The notes under the pieces were generated by a model. That model did no database searches and was not told the DNA's origin. It worked only from the letters and a program-made list of their open reading frames with translations. From contig CATNEN010000038.1 in NCBI GenBank assembly GCA_950097015.1, forward strand, positions 22,444,001 to 22,508,000: a stretch of DNA of 64,000 nt. The letters are read 5' to 3'. The number at the start of each line of letters is the position of its first letter. Position 1 is the stretch's first letter. Shown here in pieces: positions 36,056-50,800 of the stretch. Position numbers and translations under genes: made by a program. The stretch comes from Macrostomum hystrix. Taxonomy: Eukaryota > Animalia > Platyhelminthes.

Positions 36056-37776
36056 CTAGACACGCAGAAACTTCTCCCAGGCCAGCAGCTCCCAGGCGTT
36101 GACATTTGGCAGCAGCACAACGCTATCGTAGCCAGAAATCACTACGCACTCTAGTCGATGCGGATTCCAGTAGAATCCCAGACAGTCGACACGCAGCTTC
36201 AGGCATCGCTGGGAGCACAGAATACTGCTGCGAGTGGCTACCGCACCTGTCACTGCCTTTGAAGTGGCTGCCGCCTCGTGCCAGCAGGCGGCCATCGGCT
36301 CCAAAGCTGCATTGAAATTCTTGTAGAAGGCGCTGACTGTAGCGTTGGACTTGACAAATCTAGCTTCTGCAGGCTGCGTCTGAGGACTGGCAGCCGTAGA
36401 GGACATTGTGGAAACGGCCAAGTTTGAGTTGAAATAGCAGTACACACTGTTCAGCTCAGTGCACGTGGCATCTCGGAGCAGGATATCTCCTCTAGAGCCT
36501 AAACCACTGCTGTAGGATACCACACAGTCCTATAGAAAGTTGACATATTTGGCACGAGAATATTCAGGAGTTTTTGCTGAAGAAAGAGCGCTTTTTCTCC
36601 CCTTTTTCCCTGCCAACTTCACGATAGCTCCCAAATCGAATGACCGATTTTCGAGAAAGTCCACCATATTGATCAAAATTTTCCGCCCTGAACGATCAAC
36701 TAACTTTGAATGCCGCCCGACGTCAGCATGGTCGAGATATTCAGCTCGTTGCTACAGTGCGGGAATGAGTTTGTCTAGGGTAAAACTTCATTTATAATGT
36801 TAAGGCAAAATTTCATTTCTGCATGAAAAAGGAGAGCGTCTTTGGCACTGCCGTTGCCATAGACGCTCTTATTTTTCATGCAGGAATATTCCAGTGAGTG
36901 TAAACTCTGAATGCATGCATTTTTCCTTTTCGGATTCAATTACTTGCTCGCAAAGCCTAAATAGCGTAAAATGCGATATTTACCATCTACCAGTGACTCT
37001 ACGATTTGTTCCCCATAAGTAGGACAGTCTATCTGTAGCGAGCTATTCTTATACCTGATTGCCATTCAGGTTATTTGGCTCCAGGTCGGCGAATACGTTG
37101 TCCGCCGCAGTAGTCAAGTGACCATCGAGAATCCACACCCAGCCGTCTTTGCTGGTGTTGCGCTCGTTGCCAGCGTCCGTCAGGCCGACCCACCAGCCGG
37201 GGTGGACAAAAAAATCGCTTCGCACCCGCATCGATTCGAAGACACGTCGGCTGATCAGTTCCTGCGCAATTTTCAGAGAAATCGGTTCTCAAAGAGATTG
37301 TGGTTAGAGCGTCGGACACACAACTTGATGGTCGGGGGTTCCTATCCTGACTCCACAGGAACAATTTGTAACTTTAATAACACACATTTCTTCAGTGGGT
37401 GTGGGTGGGTGAGGCGTTCCCCCAGTCCATGGACTAAACAGCCGTACGCAGCCTTCAGATGCGCCGCGTAATAGCTGCTGCTGTGCTGTCGGCTGCACAT
37501 CTGACCCATTTATAGCCGTTAGTATTATTCTTAAAATTCACGCGTTTGTAAAAATTTGGTCCAAAATTTTACCTGCCTATTTTTGTGACAAATGCGGACA
37601 GCGTCGCAAAAACTCGCCGTAAAATTGTAGGTTTGAATGCACCAAACAGCCTGACTAGGTACGCCAGCGACTGTCACAGCGACGGCGCTAGGAGGACACG
37701 GTGAAGATGATGCAACAGCCGAGGTCGCCAAGACCAGGACAAGCAGAGCAGAACTTGCTCCTAGTTGAGAACACAT
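36056..37776 (-). CDS. Secreted C-type lectin (EPN) + PAN/Apple domain protein; exons 37776-37573, 37261-37055, 36529-36056
   Basis: Signal peptide; FCDAVRIC, WVGLTD, GWVW, EPNN, DCV, DATC..YC = CTLD; C-terminal CSQRC..CLGFYWN..C = PAN-like. Phase-0 introns. Confidence 0.85.
37298..37505 (+). mobile_element. tRNA-derived SINE family B
   Basis: GTGGTTAGAGCG..GGTCGGGGGTTC head; body CCATGGACTAAACAGCCGTACGCAGCCTTCAGATGCGCCGCG shared with 63510-63590. Confidence 0.75.
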
Positions 37777-39522
37777 TTTGCTTTTACTCGGTTCAGTTGT
37801 TGCTTCGAAAATCAATGCATCTTTAAATAAGAAAGCTGAGGCTACAGTGGAGCGTGATGTCGTTATTATAGTTCCCGGAAAATTATTCACGAAACAGCGA
37901 ATCAATTAACGCGTTTTTTACAAAAAAATCCGTCAAGCAGAACAGTTTTTTTCGTTTTTACTCCGGTCGTGCCGAAATCCAATATTCGTCAGCAGCTAAC
38001 ACGTACAATTCGACAATGTCGAGTCAATTTTCACGACATTGTCGAAAGCGCATCAAACTACTAACCATCTCGTCAGTTTTTTTAAGTCAGACTTTTTCTC
38101 GAATTAATAATAAGCGTCTAAAATTTCTAAAGCAATTAAAGGCGCAAGCTTCTTCGCTGAGTGTCGCATTGTCATGTCGCAAACAGATGAGCATTTGTTA
38201 AGGTACAAGTTTACAATTGTAATACGAAAGAGTTCGTCTTTGATGCAATTCTTCTTTTTAATTGAAGTTTGCATTAGCTGCTAAGATTCAGAAAACTCTT
38301 TTCTACAAAAAAGAAATTCGCTGTTGTTTTAGTCACGATTCTCATTTGCAGATTACTGAATTTTTCAAAGCTGTCTCGACAGAATCTTCATTGCATCTGC
38401 TGCTTTATCAACTGTTAGTTCAGCACGTGTAAATTCATCATGTGTCAATTTCTTCACCTGTCAATACATCATTATCACCTGTCAATTCTTAACCTGTCGA
38501 ATTATGATCAGAAAGTGCACTAACTTTGCCATTGTAGAGGTGAAACTGAAAACTATTTGCAATATCACGTTACAGTTAGCAACTTAAGCATCGGTAAACC
38601 TTTGCACAATAAATTAATCGAGTCTTCTTGTACTTTTAAGCAACGAAATTTTCTAAAAACAAGGCTTTCTTCTAGTTAAAACTAACAATGCCAATGCGTT
38701 CATTGCCTGCAGCTGAAGCCATTCATTAATTTCTTGTTAGAAATTATGAATTTCCCCCACTCCAAGCAGAAATTTGTTCCGCCACCATCTTTCCACCCAC
38801 AACTGGCCAATTCTTCCCATTCTAAAATAAAATATTAATGTTCCGCACAACCTCCTCCTGTTTCAACAAAGGCCATATTGGCAATGCCAGTTTCATCACT
38901 TATTCTTTCAAAGCGGAAAAAAATGAGTACACACACATTTTTCGAAAGGCGTCCGGCAAAGAGTTTTAATAGGCCTAAGTTCCTCCCCCCTCTCTCTGTC
39001 TCAGAAATTTCGCTGTCAGCAAGGTGCAGATGGCCTGAGCTGGCGTGTTTGTTTATTGTGGTTGTCAAGCGGGGGCCACACGCAATCAGCTGGAGGGGTT
39101 GATGGCTGGTGTGCTCCCACTGTCGCCTTCAGCTTGAGAACAGGAAAATTGGCGCCCGGCTTTGTTCTCCCAATCCCCTTCGCTTCCAAATCCACCCCTT
39201 CATCCTCTCTCTCTGTCCGTCTTCTGTTGCACCCAGGTTGCCATGGCTGCAATTGCACAACCCGTAGCTCAGAGACCCGATTGGGATGGCCGCAGCGGAG
39301 GACGTGGGCGGAGGAGGGTTGTCACTAAAGTTTCACATCTCCAAGGTGGTTGGGTGGTTATTATCCCTGAATATTTGAGGACCAGCTTCAGCAGTTGTTA
39401 GCTTTTGGACAGAATCGAAAGTTAGCTGAAATCGAGTATTCAGTTATACAAAGAATTTTGAATTGCCCAGAAAAAAGATTCGTGAATTTCTAATAATCTA
39501 TTTCTTTTGATCAAAAAGCGGC

Positions 39523-42500
39523 ATGCAGCACCGGTTGAACCCGATGCTCAGTGCGGCGCTGCTGATTTGTATCATCGGCTCAGCCTGGGTTGCCTCAGGT
39601 CAGTCAGACCCGACTTTGAATTAAAACTCAGATTCATCAATAGACACTCGTACGGAGCTTTGCTTTTCAATGCTTTCTCACTAGCGGGGTACTGTGTGAG
39701 TGGCAGAGCGGTCTAACGCATTTGCCTCTTGCACTTAAGTCCTTGAGTTCGATTCCGCGGCGAGGCCACATTTATTTGGGGCGCAGCCGCGGAGAGAAGG
39801 CTTGGGGGTTTGTCGTTAAATTTACGCCCTTTAGGGCCCAAACTCCAAGGCACAGTGAGAGTGTACACTGACTGACGATGAGAAAGTCAGGGCAGATGCA
39901 CACACCTGTGTGAGCGTGTGCCTGTGTACAGTATCTGTGTGCGTGTGTGCTCAGGTGTCAGCGAATCGGGCAGAATTGCCTCCTTGCTGGCTGCGGGTCT
40001 AGTGTCACCAAATGATGTGTCATTGCCTGCAGCCCTCCTGCAATTATCATTATTATTATTCCTCACTATCTTAACGTCTCTCAATTCCGCCAATGCCACT
40101 GACAGCCCAGCAGTGCAATCTGCTGCCGCCAAATTATCGATCGGCTAGAAAGAATCCCGGACTTTACCTACAGAACAGCACTGTCGATGTCAGGGTGTGC
40201 CGGTACGAGTGCAGCAGGATTCGACCACCTCCCAGGTGAAATAATTTTCTGCAAAAATCAATAAATCGTTTTATTGAAAAATTATTGACTAACTTAGCTC
40301 TTGCGAATCCTGATCTGATAATTTCCTGCAGCTTTGCATCCGTCGCTGAAAAAGTTTGTCTGTGCGGCGACAGCCTCAATTCTAGCAGCGTTGTCTCCGG
40401 CAGTAACTGCCCCCTTAGTTGTCCAGTTACTACGGAATCCAAATGCGGCAGCTCAAATGGTCAGGTGCACTTTTCCAGCTACAATATTACCGTGCCTGTT
40501 AGTGGAGCTCAGCTGATCGTGATTCGTAAGTACATTATTACACCGGGTGTTACAGTGTGGTTTTACTAGTCAAGCTCAGCTAAATAGCGTCGTTAATCTT
40601 CGAATTCAATAAATACAAGTACCATTGCTGCTTTTATTCAGCGAAAATTAACGACGGCCAGGTGAACCAGTCGATTTCGTGGACTTACGGCGAGTCGACC
40701 TGTACCTGCGTGTTGACATTTTCTTATTCTGCCTCATCACAGCTTTCTAGCAGCACCTGTAGGAATGGAGCTATGTCAAATTTCTATCTGCACAATACAG
40801 GTGACAGAGCTGTGGACTTTTGGGTTTTGGACTACTTGAACCACCTAAATTAGTTAATTAATTGTAGGACCGACCGCTCAGAGGTCATCGATCACGGACT
40901 CCGAGGGCAACAATGAAGTTGCCAGCTTTCGCTCGGACGTTGTGCACAGCCTGCAAATGGCTGATGTGACAGTTGACAACTACCAGGCCTATAATAGACG
41001 CTTCGATGTTATTCTAACTATTCGCAAGGGTTCCAATGTCACGGCCAGTGTCAACTTTGGCAACGGACAGTCGGTCACGGTCGGATACGTGCCGCGTTAG
41101 TTCTGCAGTTTGATTTGATCAACTCAATCTTGGCATTTTTCTAAAAAAAATTTTTTGTTTTCTTTATTTCAGCCACTGAAGCGGTTCGCAATGGTCCACT
41201 GATGCGGGCCAACGGATCCACAACATCCCCCACGGCCAGCACTCTGTACTTCATGCCCGGCAGTGTGTTCAAGCACAATGCCACTCTAGTTGGCTACGAA
41301 ACTATCAGCCCAATCAACTCGGCGTTCACACTGCAGGTGAGCGCGGGGTTGAATCCAGGAAATCAAACTAAAAAATCTTAACAACTATCAAGCGAAAAAG
41401 CTAACACATGCTATTAGCTAACAAATACAAATTCTAGCATGAGAAAGGAACATCTAGCAAACAAAATCTAATCGTTCATACAAGGGCGACACAAAAGCTA
41501 CGAGCTATCCACGACGGCACAAAAGCTACGAGCTATCCACGACGGCACAAAAGCTACGAGCTATCCACGACGGCACAAAAGCTACGAGCTATCCACGACG
41601 AACCTAAAACTACTAGCTAATAACTACGATATAAAAGCTACGAGCTATCCACGTTGACACAAATGCTGCGAGCTATCCACGATGACACAAAAGCTACGAG
41701 CTATCCACGATGACACAAAAGCTACGAGCTATCCACGATGGCACAAAAGCTACGAGCTATCCACGATGACACAAAAGCTACGAGCTATCCACGATGACAC
41801 AAAAGCTACGAGCTATCCACGATGACACAAAAGCTACGAGCTATCCACGTTGACACAAAAGCTACGAGCTATCCACGACGGCACAAAAGCTACGAGCTAT
41901 CCACGACGGCACAAAAGCTACGAGCTATCCACGACGAACCTAAAACTACTAGCTAATAACTACGATATAAAAGCTACGAGCTATCCACGTTGACACAAAT
42001 GCTGCGAGCTATCCACGATGACACAAAAGCTACGAGCTATCCACGATGACACAAAAGCTACGAGCTATCCACGATGACACAAAAGCTACGAGCTATCCAC
42101 GATGACACAAAAGCTACGAGCTATCCACGACGGCACAAAAGCTACGAGCTATCCACGACGAACCTAAAACTACTAGCTAATAACTACGATATAAAAGCTA
42201 CGAGCTATCCACGTTGACACAAATGCTGCGAGCTATCCACGATGACACAAAAGCTACGAGCTATCCACGATGACACAAAAGCTACGAGCTATCCACGATG
42301 ACACAAAAGCTACGAGCTATCCACGTTGACACAAAAGCTACGAGCTATCCACGACGGCACAAAAGCTACGAGCTATCCACGACGGCACAAAAGCTACGAG
42401 CTATCCACGACGAACCTAAAACTACTAGCTAATAACTACGATATAAAAGCTACGAGCTATCCACGTTGACACAAATGCTGCGAGCTATCCACGATGACAC

Positions 42501-45500
42501 AAATGCTACGAGCTATCCACGACGGCACAAAAGCTACGAGCTATCCACGACGGCACAAAAGCTACGAGCTATCCACGACGAACCTAAAACTACTAGCTAA
42601 TAACTACGATATAAAAGCTACGAGCTATCCACGTTGACACAAATGCTGCGAGCTATCCACGATGACACAAATGCTACGAGCTATCCACGACGGCACAAAA
42701 GCTACGAGCTATCCACGACGGCACAAAAGCTACGAGCTATCCACGACGAACCTAAAACTACTAGCTAATAACTACGATATAAAAGCTACGAGCTATCCAC
42801 GTTGACACAAATGCTGCGAGCTATCCACGATGACACAAAAGCTACGAGCTATCCACGACGGCACAAAAGCTACGAGCTATCCACGACGGCACAAAAGCTA
42901 CGAGCTATCCACGACGAACCTAAAACTACTAGCTAATAACTACGATATAAAAGCTACGAGCTATCCACGTTGACACAAATGCTGCGAGCTATCCACGATG
43001 ACACAAATGCTACGAGCTATCCACGTTGACACAAATGCTGCGAGCTATCCACGATGACACAAAAGCTACGAGCTATCCACGATGACACAAAAGCTACGAG
43101 CTATCCACGATGACACAAAAGCTACGAGCTATCCACGATGACACAAAAGCTACGAGCTATCCACGACGGCACAAAAGCTACGAGCTATCCACGACGAACC
43201 TAAAACTACTAGCTAATAACTACGATATAAAAGCTACGAGCTATCCACGTTGACACAAATGCTGCGAGCTATCCACGATGACACAAATGCTACGAGCTAT
43301 CCACGACGGCACAAAAGCTACGAGCTATCCACGACGGCACAAAAGCTACGAGCTATCCACGACGAACCTAAAACTACTAGCTAATAACTACGATATAAAA
43401 GCTACGAGCTATCCACGTTGACACAAATGCTGCGAGCTATCCACGATGACACAAAAGCTACGAGCTATCCACGACGGCACAAAAGCTACGAGCTATCCAC
43501 GACGGCACAAAAGCTACGAGCTATCCACGACGAACCTAAAACTACTAGCTAATAACTACGATATAAAAGCTACGAGCTATCCACGTTGACACAAATGCTG
43601 CGAGCTATCCACGATGACACAAATGCTACGAGCTATCCACGTTGACACAAATGCTGCGAGCTATCCACGATGACACAAAAGCTACGAGCTATCCACGATG
43701 ACACAAAAGCTACGAGCTATCCACGATGACACAAAAGCTACGAGCTATCCACGATGACACAAAAGCTACGAGCTATCCACGACGGCACAAAAGCTACGAG
43801 CTATCCACGACGAACCTAAAACTACTAGCTAATAACTACGATATAAAAGCTACGAGCTATCCACGTTGACACAAATGCTGCGAGCTATCCACGATGACAC
43901 AAAAGCTACGAGCTATCCACGATGACACAAAAGCTACGAGCTATCCACGATGACACAAAAGCTACGAGCTATCCACGTTGACACAAAAGCTACGAGCTAT
44001 CCACGACGGCACAAAAGCTACGAGCTATCCACGACGGCACAAAAGCTACGAGCTATCCACGACGAACCTAAAACTACTAGCTAATAACTACGATATAAAA
44101 GCTACGAGCTATCCACGTTGACACAAATGCTGCGAGCTATCCACGATGACACAAAAGCTACGAGCTATCCACGACGGCACAAAAGCTACGAGCTATCCAC
44201 GACGGCACAAAAGCTACGAGCTATCCACGACGAACCTAAAACTACTAGCTAATAACTACGATATAAAAGCTACGAGCTATCCACGTTGACACAAATGCTG
44301 CGAGCTATCCACGATGACACAAAAGCTACGAGCTATCCACGACGGCACAAAAGCTACGAGCTATCCACGACGGCACAAAAGCTACGAGCTATCCACGACG
44401 AACCTAAAACTACTAGCTAATAACTACGATATAAAAGCTACGAGCTATCCACGTTGACACAAATGCTGCGAGCTATCCACGATGACACAAAAGCTACGAG
44501 CTATCCACGACGGCACAAAAGCTACGAGCTATCCACGACGGCACAAAAGCTACGAGCTATCCACGACGAACCTAAAACTACTAGCTAATAACTACGATAT
44601 AAAAGCTACGAGCTATCCACGTTGACACAAATGCTGCGAGCTATCCACGATGACACAAAAGCTAAGAGCTATCCACGATGACACAAAAGCTGCGAGCTAT
44701 CCACGATGACACAAAAGCTACAAGCTAACCAAGAACGCACAAAAGCTACGAGCTGTCCACGATGACACAAAAGCTGCGAGCTATCCGCGACGACACAAAA
44801 GCTTGGAATATACTACAAAGACGCTGAGGTTTGACAAAAAAGGTGCAAATACAAGTTGCAAAATTGCTCCACCCACGTTAGGAGCTAGCTCGATCGGTCC
44901 AAAACGTTCAGGAGAGAAAATTTTTTGAAATGGTTATATTTCCTTGGTAAAAATTAATTTATTCAAATCACTAGATCTGGCGACCTGCCTGTCCTTCTGG
45001 CCAACGATATTGCTATGCTGCTAACACCTGCATCAGCCACGACCAACCCTGCGTAGCGCCTTACTCGCCGGCGGCAGCGGCGCGTCGTTACTCGTGCCCG
45101 ACCGCCACGCGATACAGCGTCAACACCCGTGCCTGCAGCAACAGTTCAACGACACCTGAGACACCTCCTAGAGTCTTCGACTGGACCAACTACACCTTTG
45201 TAGCTCAGATTGTCGTGTCGCCGGCTGCTTGTCAAATGTGCCAGCTGCCGCAGAGCGAGTGGCTGGCCGTGCAACCAGGCGACATCCCGGCCATCGACCC
45301 GCAGTCCAGCGGCATTCAACGAGACTCGAACGGAAACGAAGGCTACGTTGAATATTCAATGAGCACGTCGACCATCGCCAATTACGCTTCCAGAACAGTT
45401 CCGGGAGCGATAGTCACAGTCCCGGCGCCGAGCGCGCTGCAGCCAGTGACGCATCGGCTGAATCTGTATAGTTTCAAAACCGTCACAGTTCGTCTACCGT

Positions 45501-47778
45501 TCACTTACGCCAATCACAGCTGCTCCAGTACGCCGCCGATGTGTCGCCAGCCGACCCGTTTCAACTTGTCAATCTCGGCCACTAACAAATGGAATAGCAC
45601 CAGCGGCGGCTCTACACCGTTTGTATTTAGGCGAGAGATTGAGGTGCAGGTGGCAGTGGCCAATTTAACCATCACGGCTGATTCTACTCGTAAGTTAAAA
45701 GCTACCATAGTTTGAATTGCCAACAGTATGTTGCTGTCAAACTTCATAGAACAAAAAAATGTTCTCACTGATACCACCGAGCAGATCCCACGAACTGGTT
45801 GCGCAACTTCAGCGTACCGCCTCATGCTGCCAGCCTGCCCAACTACTGTTGGGACTTTGCGGACGGCACGGCTCAGCTGTGCACTGACCAACTACAGGTG
45901 CAGCATCTGTTCAAGCAACCCGGAATCTACAATGTCACCGTCACCTGCAGGAACAATGTCTCCATGGCTCTGGCCTGGGTCAGTCAAGACTCGCTCTCTG
46001 TCTCTCTATCTCTCTTTCTCTCTGTCTCTCTGTCTCTCTGTCTCTCTGTCTCTCTGTCTCTCTGTCTCTCTGTCTCTGTCTCTCTGTCTCTGTCTCTCTG
46101 TCTTTCTGTCTCTCTGTCTCTCTGTCTCTCTGTCTCTGTCTCTCTGTCTCTGTCTCTCTGTCTTTCTGTCTCTCTGTATTTCTGTCTCTCTGTCTCTGTC
46201 TCTCTGTCTTTCTGTCTCTCTGTCTTTCTGTCTCTCTGTCTCTCTGTCTCTCTGTCTCTCTTTCTCTCTGTCTCTCTGTCTCTCTGTCTCTGTCTCTCTG
46301 TCTCTCTGTCTCTCTGTCTCTCTGTCTCTCTGTCTCTCTGTCTTTCTGTCTCTCTGTCTCTCTGTCTCTCTGTCTCTCTGTCTCTCTGTCTCTCTGTCTC
46401 TCTGTCTCTCTGTCTCTCTGTCTCTCTGTCTTTCTGTCTTTCTGTCTCTCTGTCTCTCTGTCTCTCTGTCTCTCTGTCTCTCTGTCTTTCTGTCTCTCTG
46501 TCTCTCTGTCTCTCTGTCTCTCTTTCTCTCTGTCTCTCTGTCTCTCTGCCTCTCTGCCTCTCTGTCTCTCTGTCTCTCTGTCTCTCTTTCTCTCTGTCTC
46601 TCTGTCTCTCTGTCTCTCTGTCTCTGTCTCTCTGTCTCTGTCTCTCTGTCTTTCTGTCTCTCTGTCTCTCTGTCTCTCTGTCTCTGTCTCTCTGTCTTTC
46701 TGTCTCTCTGTCTCTCTGTCTCTGTCTCTCTGTCTTTCTGTCTCTCTGTCTCTCTGTCTCTCTGTCTCTCTGTCTTTCTGTCTCTCTGTCTCTCTGTCTC
46801 TCTGTCTCTCTGTCTCTCTGTCTCTCTGTCTCTCTGTCTCTCTGTCTCTCTGTCTCTCTGTCTCTCTGTCTCTCTGTCTTTCTGTCTTTCTGTCTCTCTG
46901 TCTCTCTGTCTCTCTGTCTCTCTGTCTCTCTGTCTTTCTGTCTCTCTGTCTCTCTGTCTCTCTTTCTCTCTGTCTCTCTGTCTCTCTGCCTCTCTGTCTC
47001 TCTGTCTCTCTGTCTCTCTGTCTCTCTTTCTCTCTGTCTCTCTGTCTCTCTGTCTTTCTGTCTCTCTGTCTCTCTGTCTCTCTGTCTCTCGGTCTCTCTG
47101 TCTCTCTGTCTTTCTGTCTCTCTGTCTCTCTGTCTCTCTGTCTCTCTGTCTTTCTGTCTCTCTGTCTCTCTGTCTCTCTGTCTCTCTGTCTCTCTGTCTC
47201 TCTGTCTCTCGGTCTCTCTGTCTCTCTGTCTCTCTGTCTCTCTGTCTCTCTGTCTCTCTGTCTCTCTGTCTCTCTGTCTTTCTGTCTCTCTGTCTCTCTG
47301 TCTCTCTGTCTCTCTGTCTCTCTGTCTCTCGGTCTCTCTGTCTCTCGGTCTCTCTGTCTCTCATTCTCTCCTTACAAAATATATCCAGTTTTTTAACAGG
47401 TCATTCATTACCTCATTTATGATTTGAATCGACACCCAATTCAAATTAAACACGTGAGCCACTTCGAGCTCGTGTTAGAAATTGAACTTAGCAAACTGAC
47501 ACTAGCCTTCAACAATTATAACTCCATCCATCAGGCTCTCGTGACAGTGCAGAACAGCATTGAAGGCTTGACTGGCAGCTTCAGGCTGGGTCCTGGTACA
47601 ATCTACGGAGCTCCGCTACCGTTGGATTTGACAATGGCTCAGGGTAAGGCTTCCTTTATACACTCCATGTGTGTGTGTGCGTGTCTGTCTCTCCGGATTT
47701 CACTGGCTGTTTAAACAAAAATTGAAATGTAGTACAGGCTTTTTACGCGATGATAATGCATGCCAATTTCGCATCTGT

Positions 47779-47809
<31 letters not shown>

Positions 47810-50800
47810 ACAGCAGTTTTTAACATTCACACGCCTAACAGAGGCAACGCTTTCAAAGGCTCCTTAGTCTAAAAAAGCTCTTTGAAATATAGCCCATGCG
47901 AGCTATAGTAAACTGCTGACTTTGAAAGGGACCCTATAGCTGTGTTTGTAATTTCGTTGCCAAGGCTTATTGTCCCTCACTCACATACATACAACATCTC
48001 GTGGGCCTAGCAGTCTCACTTAATAGCACAGTCCAATTTCTTTTGGACTTAGAATTAGTGATGCTGTTTTTAATAAAGGTGGAGTTAAAAAAGGGACAGG
48101 TATAGAGTGACCAACTCAACGGTACCAACTCCTTCTGCACGTCGCATGGACTGTAAATAATTTATTGCTAGAAAAATGTCTTCAACGGACTCTGTTTGGC
48201 AGAGGCCCTGCCTCATTGTCTTGTGGCTTTAGCTGTGTTTCTTTCACAGAAAAAAAGTTTTTTTTTCTAATCAAAACGACGCAAAACTGATTCGACAAAG
48301 CATGCTCGTTGTCATGGAAACAGAGTGGCATTGGTAGATCGATTCTGTTTCTATTTTTTCCTGTATCTATTTATTAGGTATTTTATATATGGCTGTATTA
48401 ATCTGCAAACAATTATTCTGAAGGGAAAGATACTGCTGATGTCTAGCATATTTATTTCTCAGAGTCACTCCTCATTTTATCCGAAATTCCGTTTGTTAAT
48501 TTGCGAATTTCAGGCACCAACGTGTCACTACAGGTGGACTGGGGCGATGGACTAAATTCTGTCGCGTACCAGGCCTCCGACGGTAAATTTTCAGCTATTT
48601 TCTTTGATTAATACTGCTTTTTTATACAGCATCGTACAGTAAATGCACTTTAGTGTATAGTACGAACCGAGTTTTCCTGTGTATCTGGCAGATAACACAG
48701 CTGCAGCTGAAAACAGTAACAGTGGTACAATCCAACGGCTGTGTACCACCGTTCAGTCCATGGACTGGGCAATGTCTAATCTCAGCCATCTGATTACTCT
48801 CGTGCGTCAGTGATCACACAGCCAGCAGAAAAACTATCTCTAGCTAAAAGCAGTCGTTAAAATCGTTTCACTTTACAAACAAAAAGCAGATAATCTTTTT
48901 TTTAATTAAACGTTGCAATTCCTCCAGAGTCCATTAGTAAATGGCAATGGTTACAGCTGCTGTAGTGTCTGGTTAACCCAACCAACCCAAAGCTTGCTCA
49001 CTCTGCAATGCACCTGATGTTTACCAATCAGCATTCAAATTTCTCATCTGTATGAGCTACCCAATATAGACCGATAGCTTGTGCAAATAGAAGACAATTT
49101 TAGTGTTGTCTCAGGAAAAAAAATAGCACTGTAGGCGAAACTTTCGTCGGCCCTAAAAATATCCCAGTGCAGCATCCATTTGTTTTATTTGTTCAGAACT
49201 GAAAGCATGGGAAAATGTTACATTTTCCTGCATACACTGTTGCTTTTAATGGACTACATTGTAGTCTGTCTGCTATCTAGTACCTATAGTCCCATCTAAT
49301 TCCGTACAAGCTAATCTAGTTCCCTACAACCCTATCTACTTCGTCTACAATTCTAACTAGTTCCCTACATTCCTATCTAGTTCCCTACAATCCTATCTAT
49401 TTCCCTACAATCCTATCTAGTTCCCAAAATCTATAGTTCCCTACAGTTCTATCTAGTTCCCAACAATCCTAACTAGTTCCCTACAATCCTATCTATTTCC
49501 CTACAACCCTATTTAGTTCCCTACAACCTTATCTAGTTCTCTACAACCCTATCTAGTTCCCTACAACCTTATCTAGTTCCCTACAACCCTATCTAGTTCC
49601 CTACAACCCTATCTAGTTCCCTACAATCCTATCTAGTTTCCCTGAATTCTATATAGTTCCCTAGAATCCTATCTAGTTCCCTACAACCCTATCAGTTCCC
49701 TACAATCCTACCAGTTCCCTACAATCCTATCAGTTCCTTACAACCCTATCTATTTCCTTACAATGCTATCAATTTCCTACAACCCTATCAGTTCCCTACA
49801 ATCCTAACACTTTCCTACAATCCTATATTCTAATTCTGACATTTTTTATTTGTCGTCGCTTCAGATGGCATCGACGCCATGCCGCAGCAGATGATTTTGT
49901 ACTTCAACACAAGAACTGGAGTTGCTTTGAACCAAGGCATTACGACTCCAGTAGCAACTTTGACTGGTGAGTGATCAGTTCTACTGGGAAAATCGGGTCT
50001 CTTTATCATTTTGTTACTGAGCTATGCACAGTCTTGAAATCGATTGAATCACTTTTAGCCACAAACCTGACCGACTGTGCGGCCCACGGTGCCAAGTCTG
50101 ACGTGTTAGTTCTAGCTGGTCATTTTCGCAGCCCGAACACATGCTACCTGTTCGACAAGGACATACTGTACCACGTTGGCTTCGTCACTCTGGGCAACTT
50201 AACAACGGACTCAATTTTCTATCTGAAAAGTGAGACTTTGGGAAGCGGTTTGGAGGTGGCGAGGGAACGATTAATGGATTGGGAAAAGTCCTTTTAAAAA
50301 TGATTAAGGGATTAGAGGATTGGAGAAACACTAAAGACTTAGGGAAGGATTAGAGGAACTGGAGCAAGATAGGTAGGGTGTAAAGGTCATTAAAGTGGTT
50401 GTCGCACATCAGCCTAAGTAAATGCATCTCAGCAAGCTAAAAAAACATTTCTCAGATGGCTCGTGCTCAGTCAATGTGCTCACTGACGTCGCCTATCGAG
50501 CCAACCTGAGCACAGCTGATGGCAGCCAGTTGAGTGCGTCTGTCCTCGCTAGCACCGGCTGGCTAGCCTCAGGCGCTTCAGACTATGTTCAGGTTTACTT
50601 CATGAGCCGAGTCGATCTGATGGCGGTTGGACTTCGCGGACACGCCAGTGTAGCTCGCTGGACCACCAGACTGGGGATCAGGTACAGCAGCTTCGGTGAC
50701 GCTTGGCTCGATGCCATGGTGAGCGAACTGGTGGATTGAGGAACCAGGGAAGGCCACTAACTCTTTACGAGTGTCGATATGCGAGAGTATAATCGAACAA

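Noticed and set aside
38835-39401. Short overlapping ORFs / possible retroelement fragment
   Set aside because: No diagnostic motif or second copy in the window.
39918-40148. Signal-peptide-like ORF ending in TAG suggesting the PKD1-like gene is a pseudogene
   Set aside because: Wrong frame; true signal exon 39523-39598 splices to 40106 in an open frame.
45728-47427. Long ORFs of 452-564 aa (SLSLC/RDRET repeats)
   Set aside because: Translation of an intronic microsatellite; only 45785-45978 is a real exon.
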